From: Eledone cirrhosa
Lineage: Eukaryota
NCBI GenBank assembly: GCA_964016885.1
Contig: OZ024741.1
Span: 122,450,001 to 122,514,000, forward strand
Reading direction: 5' to 3'
Length of the DNA stretch: 64,000 nucleotides
A program made the translations under genes and the position numbers. Below are positions 13,001 through 24,770 of the stretch, in pieces. The stretch's first letter is position 1, and the number at the start of each line of letters is the position of its first letter. The notes below the pieces were generated by a model, which was not told where the DNA came from, ran no database searches, and was given only the letters and a program-made list of their open reading frames with translations.

Positions 13001-16000
13001 GCGGGGTGCCTTTGGTGAAGTGGAAACCCGAATATCCCCCCAAAAGCTTCACCACTGCTGATATATCGACCTGCCAAGTACTCCGAGACCTCGTTCCTGC
13101 TATTGTCGTTTTGAAGGCCGAACATGGCAGCGTCGGAACCCTTGTTAACATATTTACATATGTACTTTATCGACTTCACTGAATTACAGAACTCTACATT
13201 TATATGAGCATTGAAAGTTTTCATCAGAAATCTATTATCAACTTGATGACCCCGTAACACCATAGTGAATCCACCGTTCTCAGGCCGCCTTCGTCTGTAC
13301 AGTGGGTATCCGTCGCCACCGGTCTGGGTCTCCTCAACAACCCTCTTTCGGTATCGTTTAGTGCACACATGGTCCTTGTGGCATGAAGAGATCTCTTGAA
13401 AACCGGGACCGCACGGACCGTGCACCATGTGTGCTTTCACAATGTCGTACAGCTGCCGGTCAACAACGGGGTTCGGTATTTCCGCTGCAATGACGTCATC
13501 TATAACTGTAGGGTCTATTTTGGTGACCAACCAAACCAAAATGTGCGCGTGTGGCAACCCTTTCTTCTGCCACTCAACAGTATACATGTGGAACCTAACA
13601 GCCCCAAAACCTTCCCTTTTTTTATTAGATCAATTATCTCAGCCAGCTTCTGCCTGAAAACCCTGGCAATAATATCATGCCGATGGCAGTACCTCTGCCC
13701 TTGGATAAGTTCCCGCGTAACGTCAACCCACTTGGGGCTACACGTAAACGTGATGAATAAATCGGGGCGCCCATAATGCCGAACGAACGTCATAGCGTCC
13801 TGCGCTAGCTCGTGCATGTACCGCCCCCCCCCCCCCCCTATAGGTTGAGGGGAGAATGCACATTTTGCCGATGTTCCGGGAGTCAGTGTCATGCCGTCAC
13901 GCAAATGGATATAGGAGTCTGAGCGCAGCTGCTTCTGATTCAATTTTATGAAGCACAGTCTCTCCGACTCCATCTTTGCAGCCATGTCAACTGCAAACTG
14001 GTGAAACAGTTCCCGTGAACTGTGCAGTGTGCTGAAATCCTTAGGCCTCGTCATGAAGCGGTATGAGTATAAAGCGATGCATGAAACAGTTTTAGATGTC
14101 GCAGCAGTGGGCTCGTTTGGTTTGCGCTGAGGAATGCCGAAATGGTACCCGTCTTCTCCGTATGCAAAGAGAAGGGGATGCTGCAGGGCGTCGTATGAAC
14201 GATGCGTCTCATTAATACGTCGAAGACCACTGTCACGACTTTGAAGAACTATGTCTCGCTTATTGTGCTGTTCACCATGGATAACTACGCCACTTCATTG
14301 CACGAAGGAGCGTTATAACGGCGTGCGTGCTCCCCAGAAGGTCTTTTGTCAGCATCGATGACGATGGTGAAGTTTGGTGAAGGATGTGTTTCCAATGCGT
14401 ATTTGAAACTGCGAATATACTGTTGTGCTCATGAAGCATGTTTTGAAGACCGAGCAGCATGACCCTTTCAAAAGTGTCAGCGTCAGTGTTTGCATGTGTT
14501 GGAATAACGCCGAACCGCGCATCAACTTGCCTACTGTAGTTAGAAATAAAGTAAATTTGAAGGAACGAAGGCTTGCAATTTTGTAGTGACTGGAGCGACC
14601 CAATAAGATGGTACACCTGCCTCTGGACCTTGAAAGTAGGCATCCAACCACTTTCTGTGACAACGTTAGCCCCGAAAGAAGTCATTTGAACGCACATTGT
14701 ACTTCCTGATGAGTTGAAGGAATTTGGATGACCTTGGGGTAGAACCAGTAAGTAGTTCCTTCAAAGGCTCTGGTGGTTCCCCAAGTGGGGGAAGCTGACC
14801 TTACCGTTTAAGCAGCACATTGCAGGTGGCTCCCCAGCCCACTTTTTAGCATTCCAGAATTTGCAATTGAAGCACATTTCCCCTATATTTATGTCGGCAC
14901 GCATCGAGTAGTTAACGTTGGGCTCATACTTGAAAGCCCGTAGGTGCCAGTATGGGCTGTCGGGGCTCGTCACACCGCAGGCAGCTTCTTGTCGTCGACT
15001 GTTCCGCTCCAACGTAGAATGTTGCTCCTGTGGGTCGTGGGAAGCTCTCGCAGCAGTAGCAGAAGCCACCCTTGCAATCCTAGTGGAGCGCCCGTCTGCA
15101 TCTTCAGAAGCCACGGAAGCAGTCATAGCCGCAGCGTTCCTAGCAAGGCGATTCCTCCGCCGTTCCAAACCTTCCAAAGCCCTGGAAGCAGCAGTAGCCG
15201 CAGCGTTTCTATTCAATCGAGCCGCCTTTTGTTCCGGGCCCTATGAAGCCCTAGAAGCAGCAGTAGCAGCAGCGTTTCTATTCAGGCGAATCGACCTTTG
15301 TTCCTGCCCTTCTGAAGCCCTGGAGGTAGCAGTAGAAGCGTTTTTTTTTTTGGAATGACGTATCGTCCGCTCCGAATCGCACATCGCAGCACGTCTCGAA
15401 ACGTCGTATGAAGCCATCTTGGCTAGGCGTGTGCGGTGCGTTGTTGAAAACTTTCAGCAGCTCTGCTGAACGTAAGGCGCTCTGTGAAAGTCTTAAAGCA
15501 GTTTCCTGAGGGGGGGGGGGGCTCGTTTGCTGTAATCGCCCTCTGCGCCGCCGCTGACGCAGTATGGCGAGCGAGGCGACTTCTCTTTTTAGGTGACATT
15601 TTATGTGAAACAGAAAGGGTGAAAGTTACTTTTACAGCAAAATTGCCTTTGAAAGTATAAGGCTGAAAACTGTCTGCGTTCCGCAGGGGAAACAATGGGA
15701 GAACGAACGGCAAATAAATAACTCACAGTTTGTTGAAAGCGCGCTTCTGTCAGCAATTTGAATTTGTTTGGCCAAAAATCCGTATTTGTTTTTTTTTTCA
15801 CTCAATAAACGTGTAATAAAATGTAATTGTGTGTGAGCATGTATTTTTTATTTTTATTTTTATGTTCAGTAGAGAGAGGAAATTATTTCCGTAATTGTGG
15901 GTGATTTTGAAATAAATAAATAGTCGTTTACCTAAGTTAGACCATTTACAACATTCTTACAGAGGTAAATAAATAACTCACAGTTTGTTTAAAGCGCGCT

Positions 16001-16494
16001 TCTGTCAGCAATGTGAAGTTGTTTGGCCAAAAATCCCTATGTGTTTTTTTTCACTCAATAAACGTGTAAATATGTTATACACAAAATGTAATTGTGTGAA
16101 ATGATTAAGGAGTGGGTTTATAAACGTATATAAGAGATGTAAGCGTCATGTATTTAACGTTTGTCTCTGTCTCTCTGGTTAACTCCTTTATTTTTTCTCT
16201 CTCTCTAAAGGAAATTATTAAGGAGTGGGTTTATAAGCCTATATAAGAGAAGGTTGCAGTATGTAAGGGAGGTAGGTAGAGTTACTCAGATTGTATTGGT
16301 GGTGGTCATGTATTTAGTTTTATCGATTATTTCCGTAATTGTGGGTGAGGTTGAAATAAATAAATAATCGTTGACCTAAGTTGGACCATTTACAACATTC
16401 TTACAGACTTTGAGTTGAATCGGTTTGAAATTGTGCAAATGTATAAACATGGAACATGTGCACACACACACAACAACAATCTGCCTTTTATAGA
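10057..16494 (-). mobile_element. Helitron (autonomous type, decayed)
   Basis: 3' end CTAG at 10057-10060 with CCCG/CGGG hairpin at 10069-10084; 5' TC at 16494 (alternative near 16709, obscured by a SINE); inserted at an A|T site. Confidence 0.92.
10882..15599 (-). pseudogene. Helitron RepHel (HUH Rep plus PIF1 helicase), frameshifted
   Basis: PDLFITFT, EWQKKGLPHAHILVW, KYICKYVNKG, DAPGRTGKTF, IVWDECTM, GDFRQTLPV, FAMSINKTQGQTL. Confidence 0.93.
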
Positions 16495-16496
16495 TA

Positions 16497-16682
16497 ATTG
16501 TTTCTACTTTAGGCACAAGGCCAGCAATTACCAAGTGCATTACTGGTACTTTATTTTATCGACCTCGTAAGGATGAAAGGCAAAGTAAACCTCGGCGGGA
16601 TTTGAACTCAGACGGTAAAGGGACGTAACTATGCTGGAAAGCATGGCGTCCGACTCTCTACTGATACTGCCAATCCACCGCT
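16497..16682 (-). mobile_element. tRNA-derived SINE, family 1
   Basis: A-box-like TGGCAGTATC, B-box GAGTTCAAATC, core GCCTTTCATCCTTACG; TSD CTTTTATAGATAAT. Confidence 0.9.
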
Positions 16683-16777
16683 TTTATAGATAATGATATA
16701 TATATAGATATATATACATATATATTTATATATATCGAATTAAAAAGTGGAGTTAAAGACTCAAAATAATTGAACAC

Positions 16778-16935
<158 letters not shown>

Positions 16936-16944
16936 TGCCCGCAT

Positions 16945-17050
16945 GCTCCGAAGAACTGACTAGTTATAATTTTGTATTGGCGATCGAGTAACGTGAAAAC
17001 AAGCGAATAGCGATCTCTAGACCTACCAGTTCAGAGAAACAATTGTCAGC
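16945..17050 (+). ncRNA. Second copy of extended-stem-II hammerhead (U4C variant) within a repeat spanning 16940-17280
   Basis: GCT-CCGAAGA...GAAA-CAATTG-TC-AGC, homologous to 9884-9989. Confidence 0.6.
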
Positions 17051-17409
17051 AATGAGATTAAAAACCTTTTTTGTATAGCAAACCATGTCAATCTTCTTTC
17101 CTGATTTATTATTACTCCAAGTGTTTACAACATAGGAATTACAGCATACTCGCAACATCACTATGAAAACGCCTTGTTGAGTCAAACCAAGCCAAGCGTT
17201 GATATCATCCACTACCCGGAATACCATAACTGGACTACACCTAAGTGGACTGCATATAACTATTATTTGTTACCCCGTATATATATATATATACCAATGA
17301 TGGTTGGAAAATCACTGACGAAGGACTATTTTTATCATATGTAACCTATGTGCAACCACGCAGTATTCTTCTTTCTTCTCATGTTTATATATATATATAT
17401 ATATATATA

Positions 17410-17900
17410 CTACCCGAATTACCCGCACCTTGCTGCGTTTCATACAATATTTTTGTAAGAAAATGATGATTGATTTTAAATCAGTGATATAATTTATGGA
17501 GAAAAACTCTGCATTTCAATATTACTCAATATAAAATGAAAAATTGGAAACCATTATTTTTTGTAATATATCAAATCAAAATTACATTATTAAATTTTAT
17601 TCTTATTTTGTTTCTTGTAAATAATTTTTTTCAAAATATCAATTTAAAACTTTTGTGAATAGGTATCATATCTTGTCATTTACCTATGGTTTAAATTTCA
17701 TATAATTCGAAAGGAAAAACGTTTCAGCGGGGGTTTGTGCCTCCGGGAACCCTTTGATTAAAATGAAATATACTTATCCATGAACCCTATGGTGTCTTAA
17801 TATTATTGAAATTTGCTGAAATTTTGTGAATAAGCAACATATTTTGTCATTTACCTATGGTTTAAATTTCATATAAATAGAAGGGAAAATATTTTCATGT
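17410..17900 (-). mobile_element. Probable non-autonomous Helitron remnant
   Basis: Minus strand reads CGCAGCAAGGTGCGGG hairpin then GTAG|T in a TA run; internal duplication at about 17652-17705 and 17823-17878. Confidence 0.4.
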
Positions 17901-17934
17901 ACCCAGGGAAATGTAGTTTTATTATAAATTTCCG

Positions 17935-18540
17935 GTTGGCTGGTTGGTTCGTTCGATAAATAGAAGGTTGTTAAAGTTCTTTCGTCACATATTCAGTGAC
18001 CTCCTCGATGACTAGGTTTTTTTATTTTGTGTCTCTCCTTTGTTTTGTCCTACACCATCTTCTTTTTGTCTGTTGTGTGGTGTGTGCTTAGTTTGGGCAT
18101 GCGTTACATCCGTGTGTGTGTTTTTATTTATTTATGTGTTTATTTACTTGTTCTATCTGTGTTTGTCTGGTTTGTTTTGTTAGTTTGATTTGTGTGTGTG
18201 TCTGTATGTCTTTATTTTGTCCTTATTTACTAGTTGTGATGTTGCTATTCCACTCATGTTTTCTGTTTAATTTTGGAATAAGTACATAACATACATAAGT
18301 GAAACAGCCCGTAGCATAGGAGAAAGGATAAGTGAACACTGGTGAGAACTCCAGGATGGTTAAAACTCATCAGTACTCCACCAACTTGCCAACATCGAAC
18401 ATTAGAGAACATAGAGATAAAAAGTATATCCATACAGAAAAGATGCAATGCTCAGATAAATCACAGAGGCGACAAACATAAACGAAGTCCAACCAAAAAA
18501 TATGTTGTTTCATTACACACCTTTGGCAACTTTTGGTAGA
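17935..18540. mobile_element. Penelope-like element remnant (GIY-YIG fragment plus inverted terminal repeat)
   Basis: Plus strand 18292-18339 translates YISETARSIGERISEH (YIG motif); minus strand 17968-18012 has a hammerhead-like GTCAC/GTGAC-GAAA. Confidence 0.65.
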
Positions 18541-19463
18541 AGGGTTTTCATTCTATGTTATGATTAAGAATCTTTTACTACATTAGAGCATTACACTTCA
18601 CAGCCAGTGTTGTGACTTTTGTTTTGTCTAATAAGATTTTTCAGGTATTGAACACGTAAAAGCTTTTCCTGTTAAATTTGTACAGACAGATACAGTTGAC
18701 TAACTCGAGTCTAGTATAGTTATGGTTTCTTTTATTGTCCTGTATGGAAGAAACCATGCGCTATTGATTCATAGGGCCGAGCTCAACCTAATAGAACTGT
18801 TAGATCAGATATAAAAAATATAATGATCAAATGAAAAAAATATGCTGACAAGAACAAAACAATGTGTTGAATTAAAAATAGAAACTCCACTTGACTACAT
18901 GATCTTCTAGACATAGCAATCAATATTACCTCGCATAATATGTTTTTGCAAAGAGAAGTTTACATTAGTTAATGCAGTCTCTAATGTCATTAAAAAGACG
19001 GGAGAGTCGCTTTTATAGGTCACAATTATTTCCGATTAGACCTAGCCTCGAGCTAAATGACTACAACCACAACAAGACTAACAATTTGGTTTCTATCACA
19101 TTAGTGGGTTACGTTGATCTATGTATCCGCTGATTTTAAACATTTTAAGGCATAGATTTCTAGCAGATCACGCGACCACTTAGAGGGCTCATTTGTTGGT
19201 TTTCTGTTACAGAAAGTGGACTACTGCGGTTCATATAATTTAATGGTCTCTTTCCACTATATAACGAAATAAAATTAAAAAAAAACATCAACACAAAACA
19301 ATAATATTAATCATTTATGTATATCGTGGGTAACCGAAAGATCAAGCAATTAATTCTGCTTATCCGGACTAGTGAACTTGATAAGTAAATAGTAAGTATG
19401 GAAATGGTTTTGTGATTAAAGAGTTTACTAGCAACGATGAGCGTGTATGTATATATTTATGTA

Positions 19464-19654
19464 CGAGGGGTGCTGAAAACTTGCTGTCTTTAAGGGTATC
19501 GCGAAAGGGTGGAGCTATTAACTTTACAGAGGAGGTAGGACTGCTGCAATAAGTGTGTGAATCTGAGGGGCGAATATGCTGAATAAAAGCATGAATAAAT
19601 AATGCTTCTGTATTTTCTTTTACCCAAAGCCAGGAACTTTTCAGCTCCCTCTCG
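19464..19654 (+). mobile_element. Mariner-derived MITE
   Basis: TA then TIR CGAGGGGTGCTGAAAA / TTTTCAGCTCCCTCTCG; internal KCVNLRGEYAE* resembles the mariner C-terminus. Confidence 0.8.
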
Positions 19655-20048
19655 CATGTGTGGGTGCACGCGTGTGTGTGTGTTTGTGCGTGCCTGTGAG
19701 TGTGGGAGTGATCTCTTTTCGTTTATGTCCCGTGACATATGTCCCTGGAAAATAGTGATCGATATCTTGAAGGAATCATTTCTAGAGTAACTTTAAAGGT
19801 GATGGCTCAAAATAGCCGTAGTCTTATGATTGAAATATTGTGTACAGTTCTCAGGTGCACTGTGTATTTTCGACATAGTAATTCTTACGATTATTAGCAA
19901 AACATTTTTATATTAGATTTCTGAATTTACATTGATGGAATCCAAATATTTCATGTAAAATAATTTAGGGATATCATTTTACTTTCATTTTTCCATGCAT
20001 GTACGGGTTGTCCGGAACCAGGAGCTTTCCTCGCTTTCACAGCGTTAA

Positions 20049-20255
20049 CCCTTTGCTATATCCGGCCAGATACTCTCATCTCTTTGTGTTCAAACCGGCC
20101 TCAACCGACTGCTCATACTGGTGCTAAGGTATTGTTCTCAAAATAAATAACAACAAAATCTCATAGATTCGATATTATGTGAGATAATTATGTGAGATAA
20201 AGTATTTACAGTGAATATACAATAGTATATATAGAGTAATGTAAATGCTAAAGGG
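20049..20255. mobile_element. TTAA-flanked MITE (piggyBac-like)
   Basis: TTAA-CCCTTT...AAAGGG-TTAA. Confidence 0.65.
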
Positions 20256-20783
20256 TTAAGCGGCTGAGTATACAAGATTCTCTTTGTTCGTCAAGACCAA
20301 CTTGTACAGATTTTCAGTCAGGTGTAATGAAAGACTTTACACAAGACCCCACGGCGTCTCCTCGTCTGAGTCCCAAACAATAATCCTGAGGACGCGCCAT
20401 GAATAAAAAGAATGAATATTTTGAAGTAGAAATATAAAAAAAGCTGGAAGAGGAAATGTATTGCAACAAATGAAATTTTTATAGAAACAACATTTAGAAA
20501 GAAATATGCGTGTCAAATCGCAGGTTTACTAACGTTCGTTCAAAGTCACGCACATAAACACACAGACACACATGTAAGCACACACACATGCACACATATG
20601 TAAACCCACACACAAGCACACAGATGTAAACACATACACAAACATATATAAATATATATATATTTTCAGATAATAAAAGTATATTGTGTTGAATGAGTGT
20701 CAGCTCATAGAAATTGAAATACACTTGTATCACTGCCGTTCTCTATCAATCAATCTTTGAACACACACACATACACACACACG

Positions 20784-20826
<43 letters not shown>

Positions 20827-20945
20827 ACACACACACACATACACACACACATGTATATATATACACATAAGGTATATATTTTTTTATATTTTTTATTTTG
20901 CCATAAAAAATACATTGAGCTTCACTTCAGTTTTATTATTAGATA

Positions 20946-21085
20946 GGATAGTTACGTCCCTTTACGATCTGAGTTCAAATCCCGCTAAGGTTGACTTTAC
21001 CTTTCATCCTTACGGGGTCGATAAAATAAAGTACCAGTAATGCACTGGGTAATTGCTGGCCTTGTTCATAAAGTAGAAACAATTA
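20946..21085 (+). mobile_element. SINE family 1, 5'-truncated
   Basis: B-box and core present; TSD TTATTAGATAGG. Confidence 0.85.
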
Positions 21086-21400
21086 TTAGATAGGTTACTA
21101 GTTCATACCTTATCTAGTTCAGTAAACAGATGCTTGTTTAATTGTCATATTCAATAGTGAAAGATCTTTCGTCATATATCTTGTCCTATTTACTCCGACG
21201 TGTCCTGGCCGGTAAATGACATATGGCACAATTGAATCAGAATGCGTAATAATAAAAATATTCATACGTCTAACTAATTAACGAAGATATAGAATCATCA
21301 TTACCCTTGAGTCCTTGGGTTGCTTTGTTATTTCAATCCACAGGGAAATACTTTAAATTGACATGAAATTATTGACCTGCCAAATAAACAACTCATGCAT

Positions 21401-21481
<81 letters not shown>

Positions 21482-21689
21482 ATGAAGTGTTTCCGTAGGA
21501 AAGGAAAAGGAAAAGAGAGTGCTTTATGTAGACTACAGAGATAATTATTTCATTTACCAAAGGTTTCAGAAAGACAAGCGAGCCTGACACAGACGTCTGA
21601 CTTCGCTCGTCAGAATGAAAATTTATTTAAAATGGATGTGAATTTATTTAAAATGGATTTCAAAACAAAGTCTAGAACAATTGAAAGCG

Positions 21690-22300
21690 AGGCTGAAATA
21701 AAATAACTTTCTTCCATGGAAAAAGTTACATCTATGGTGCAAATTTGGTGCCGTGTGGTCCAGGCATTGGGCCAAAAGTTTGTTACATACATAGATTAAT
21801 TAAAAGTTGGTTAGAAGCGAAGTCAATGCAGACAGGCAGACATACAGACATATATTATAAGCGCACGACGTTATAGCTATGTATCTATCTAAAAATAGAG
21901 TAAGAAAGAGAGAGGAATGTCGTATTATATATAATAAAGTACCAGTAATGTAGTCCTCACTTTACATACGGCCGTCAGCTTTATTAATATAGATAGAGAT
22001 TGACAATATACACAGAGATTTAATCCATGATATATAAAAGAAAGACGGTATTATATATGAGCGGCAAAATATATGAATGTATACTTAAGCGATCACTACC
22101 CGGAAGTGTTGAGATTTGAAAATGTTAAAAAGTGAATCTTTAAATGAACAATAAAATACCCTTAATCAAGAATAACGAAATTTAGTAGACAAAAATAGCC
22201 TTGGAAAACGTTACATCTATGGTGCAAATTTGGTGCCGTTTGGTCCAGCCGTTTTGCTAAAGGTTTGTTACATACATGCATACAGCCGTTAGCTTTATTA
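21690..22300 (-). mobile_element. Partial tandem copies of a non-autonomous Helitron-like element
   Basis: GTTACATCTATGGTGCAAATTTGGTGCCG repeated near 21725 and 22210; minus-strand start TCTATATTAATAAAGC near 21993. Confidence 0.55.
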
Positions 22301-22357
22301 ATATATATATATATATATAAAATAAAATAAAATAAATAAGTCAAATGTTTAAAATTT

Positions 22358-22409
22358 GTCTTCGTTTATTTCGGTGACAGCCATCTTTGGCAGAGACCTC
22401 TTCAGGCAG
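22358..22409 (-). ncRNA. Decayed hammerhead core
   Basis: CTGAAGA-GGT..GCCA/TGGC..ACC-GAAA; stem III and cleavage site lost. Confidence 0.4.
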
Positions 22410-22520
22410 TCCGAATTAGTGTGGTAGAGACGAGTACACATGTTGTTGAGGTGTTTAACTTTGTCAATACTCTGATATGCCCAGTTCCTGGTTGGGTTGT
22501 TATTTCACTGAGGAACTGGA

Positions 22521-22554
<34 letters not shown>

Positions 22555-22702
22555 AACAAATAAATAATTCACCGGGTTCAACAGTTGATACATCGTTTGA
22601 TATAACCGCCGTAATTTGTAAACCACGTGCGAGTTTAAATAAGCAAGTATCTGAACGCCTTACCTTTGTTTTAGCAACGTATATAATTTTCTCTATGTAT
22701 AC

Positions 22703-22776
<74 letters not shown>

Positions 22777-23029
22777 TAATAATAATAAATTTGAAGACTA
22801 AAATCCAAAGAGGGCTCGATAAGGATAAATATATATCAAATATATAAGAACCGTAGTGCAAATATTTATTAAAATAACAGATTAAAGTTTAAGCAAAGAA
22901 TCGCTGCTTTCACCCTTAACGGGATCTTCTATGTATATATACTATATACATAGGTTGGTTATTTGGCATCAACAAATTAATGCATTTAGAGCAGTTATAC
23001 GCAATGTTATCTCCATTGGCATTTGGATG

Positions 23030-23815
23030 ATGAGACAGTACTGTAAGGAAAATATAGCTTTTTCCACGTGAAGAATGTATTTATCCTGAATATTATTCGT
23101 ATTATATATGTGTATATAATACTATGTTCTTTTCTCAAAGGATATATTACTCTTTTTCTCTCTCTAAATATATCTTTTAAAATTTGGGTTATTAATGCTC
23201 TGACTAAAGTTCATTGAGCTTATTTAATGAGAAACATGGCATCATATATATTCAATATCTGTTGATACCTTAACATTGTGTAGAGCTACAAAACAAATGA
23301 ATACATTTGGAGCAGCTCCATTAGTTTACTAATTTGTCGAGCTGATTCAATTGTGATTGATATCTCGCTGCTCTTTCTAGCCGATAAGACGTTCAGTCCT
23401 ATTTATATCTGCTCTCGTTATTAAACTGTTTTTGACCCTATGTGAAGTTAAAGCTCTGACAGACTTTCTCCTCTCAAAAGATATAAAGGTATTTTGTACA
23501 CTAAACTATCTAAAGACAGTTTCCTCTGATGTGTAGTTCCTTGTCTTCTGTTGGCATTACCGGAATCGATAATCGATTGCTTGGATCGATTCTCCTTTAT
23601 ACTGCGTCTCTCGGACGAGGAAACAATACTGTAAGGAAAATATAGCTTTTTCCAACTTCAGTATGTTTTTTTTTTTCTGAATATTATTTGTATTATATAT
23701 GTGTACAATATACTATGTGTTTCTTAAAGGGTATATGACTCTTGTGAATTATTGATGCTCTGAACTAAAGTCCATTGAGCTTATTTAAAGCAAAATATGG
23801 TTATTATAGATATTA
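23030..23815 (+). repeat. Pair of diverged direct repeats of about 200 bp
   Basis: TACTGTAAGGAAAATATAGCTTTTTCC...CATTGAGCTTATTTAA at about 23039-23230 and 23627-23790. Confidence 0.75.
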
Positions 23816-24739
23816 CATATATACGTTTAAATTTGGTGGTTCCTCACTGGGTAGAATTGGTCATTCTGGAATGTTAACCATGACGTAATATGAAAATAGC
23901 ACTCGACATTATATAACTCATCCATCTTTGATGTTGAATCATGCTGGTGGTGCGGGAACGGAGTTAAATATATTATAAAGTAACATGACAGGAGGCTGGA
24001 CAGATTGAATTCCCTTAATTATTGATGGTAAACCCATTGCAAGAGGCTTTAAGGAAAAAAATAAAGAAAAAAAGGAGAAGAAAATAGTGTTTTGCTTTTG
24101 ACCCAGGGACGATCGTGGCAACCTGTTGTTAATATGCCTCACCGTCTGTATGTTTGTGTGTGTATTAAATAATTTCTCACCTATTCATTACATTTTAAAA
24201 ATTGCTTTGTCAAGTTGTATGATTTTAGTGCATGTCTTAGTGAAAAGATAATCATTTGCGAAAACATTTGTGTATTTAGAGACGTTGAATTAATTATTTG
24301 TCACAGTGATGATTAGCAACCCAACTTTCCAACTTAACTTTACAACGTCATTCAAAGTAAAATAAAAAGTGATTGAGTATCTAATTACTGTAAATGTCTC
24401 CTGCTGGTTAATGAGATAGATTAGACACAAACACTATAATGCAGGGGCTGAATTATATTTCATCAGTCACTTGGGAAATCTGCAACTTGATGGGCTTTTC
24501 AATACGATGTGTTGTCTTTCAGGTAGGCTAATTACGTCTTGTTTCGCCACTTTATGTTCTGACATCACCCCCACCCCAGAAATATATTTTGCCTTACATC
24601 CTTCTGCTAGAAATCACAGCCAAATATTTTCCAAATCACTCGATACCATCTTAAATTATAGATAATAAAGATCTCTACGTTTGGAAATGTAGAGCATGAC
24701 CATAAAAAAATATAAATGAATACATAAATGAAATATAAC

Positions 24740-24769
<30 letters not shown>

Positions 24770-24770
<1 letters not shown>

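Noticed and set aside
14918-15358. Ala-rich plus-strand ORF
   Set aside because: Antisense of Helitron N-terminal repeats
21560-21615. Minus-strand CTGACGA-GCGA...TCGC as a hammerhead
   Set aside because: GAAA is not adjacent to stem II and there is no stem I or III
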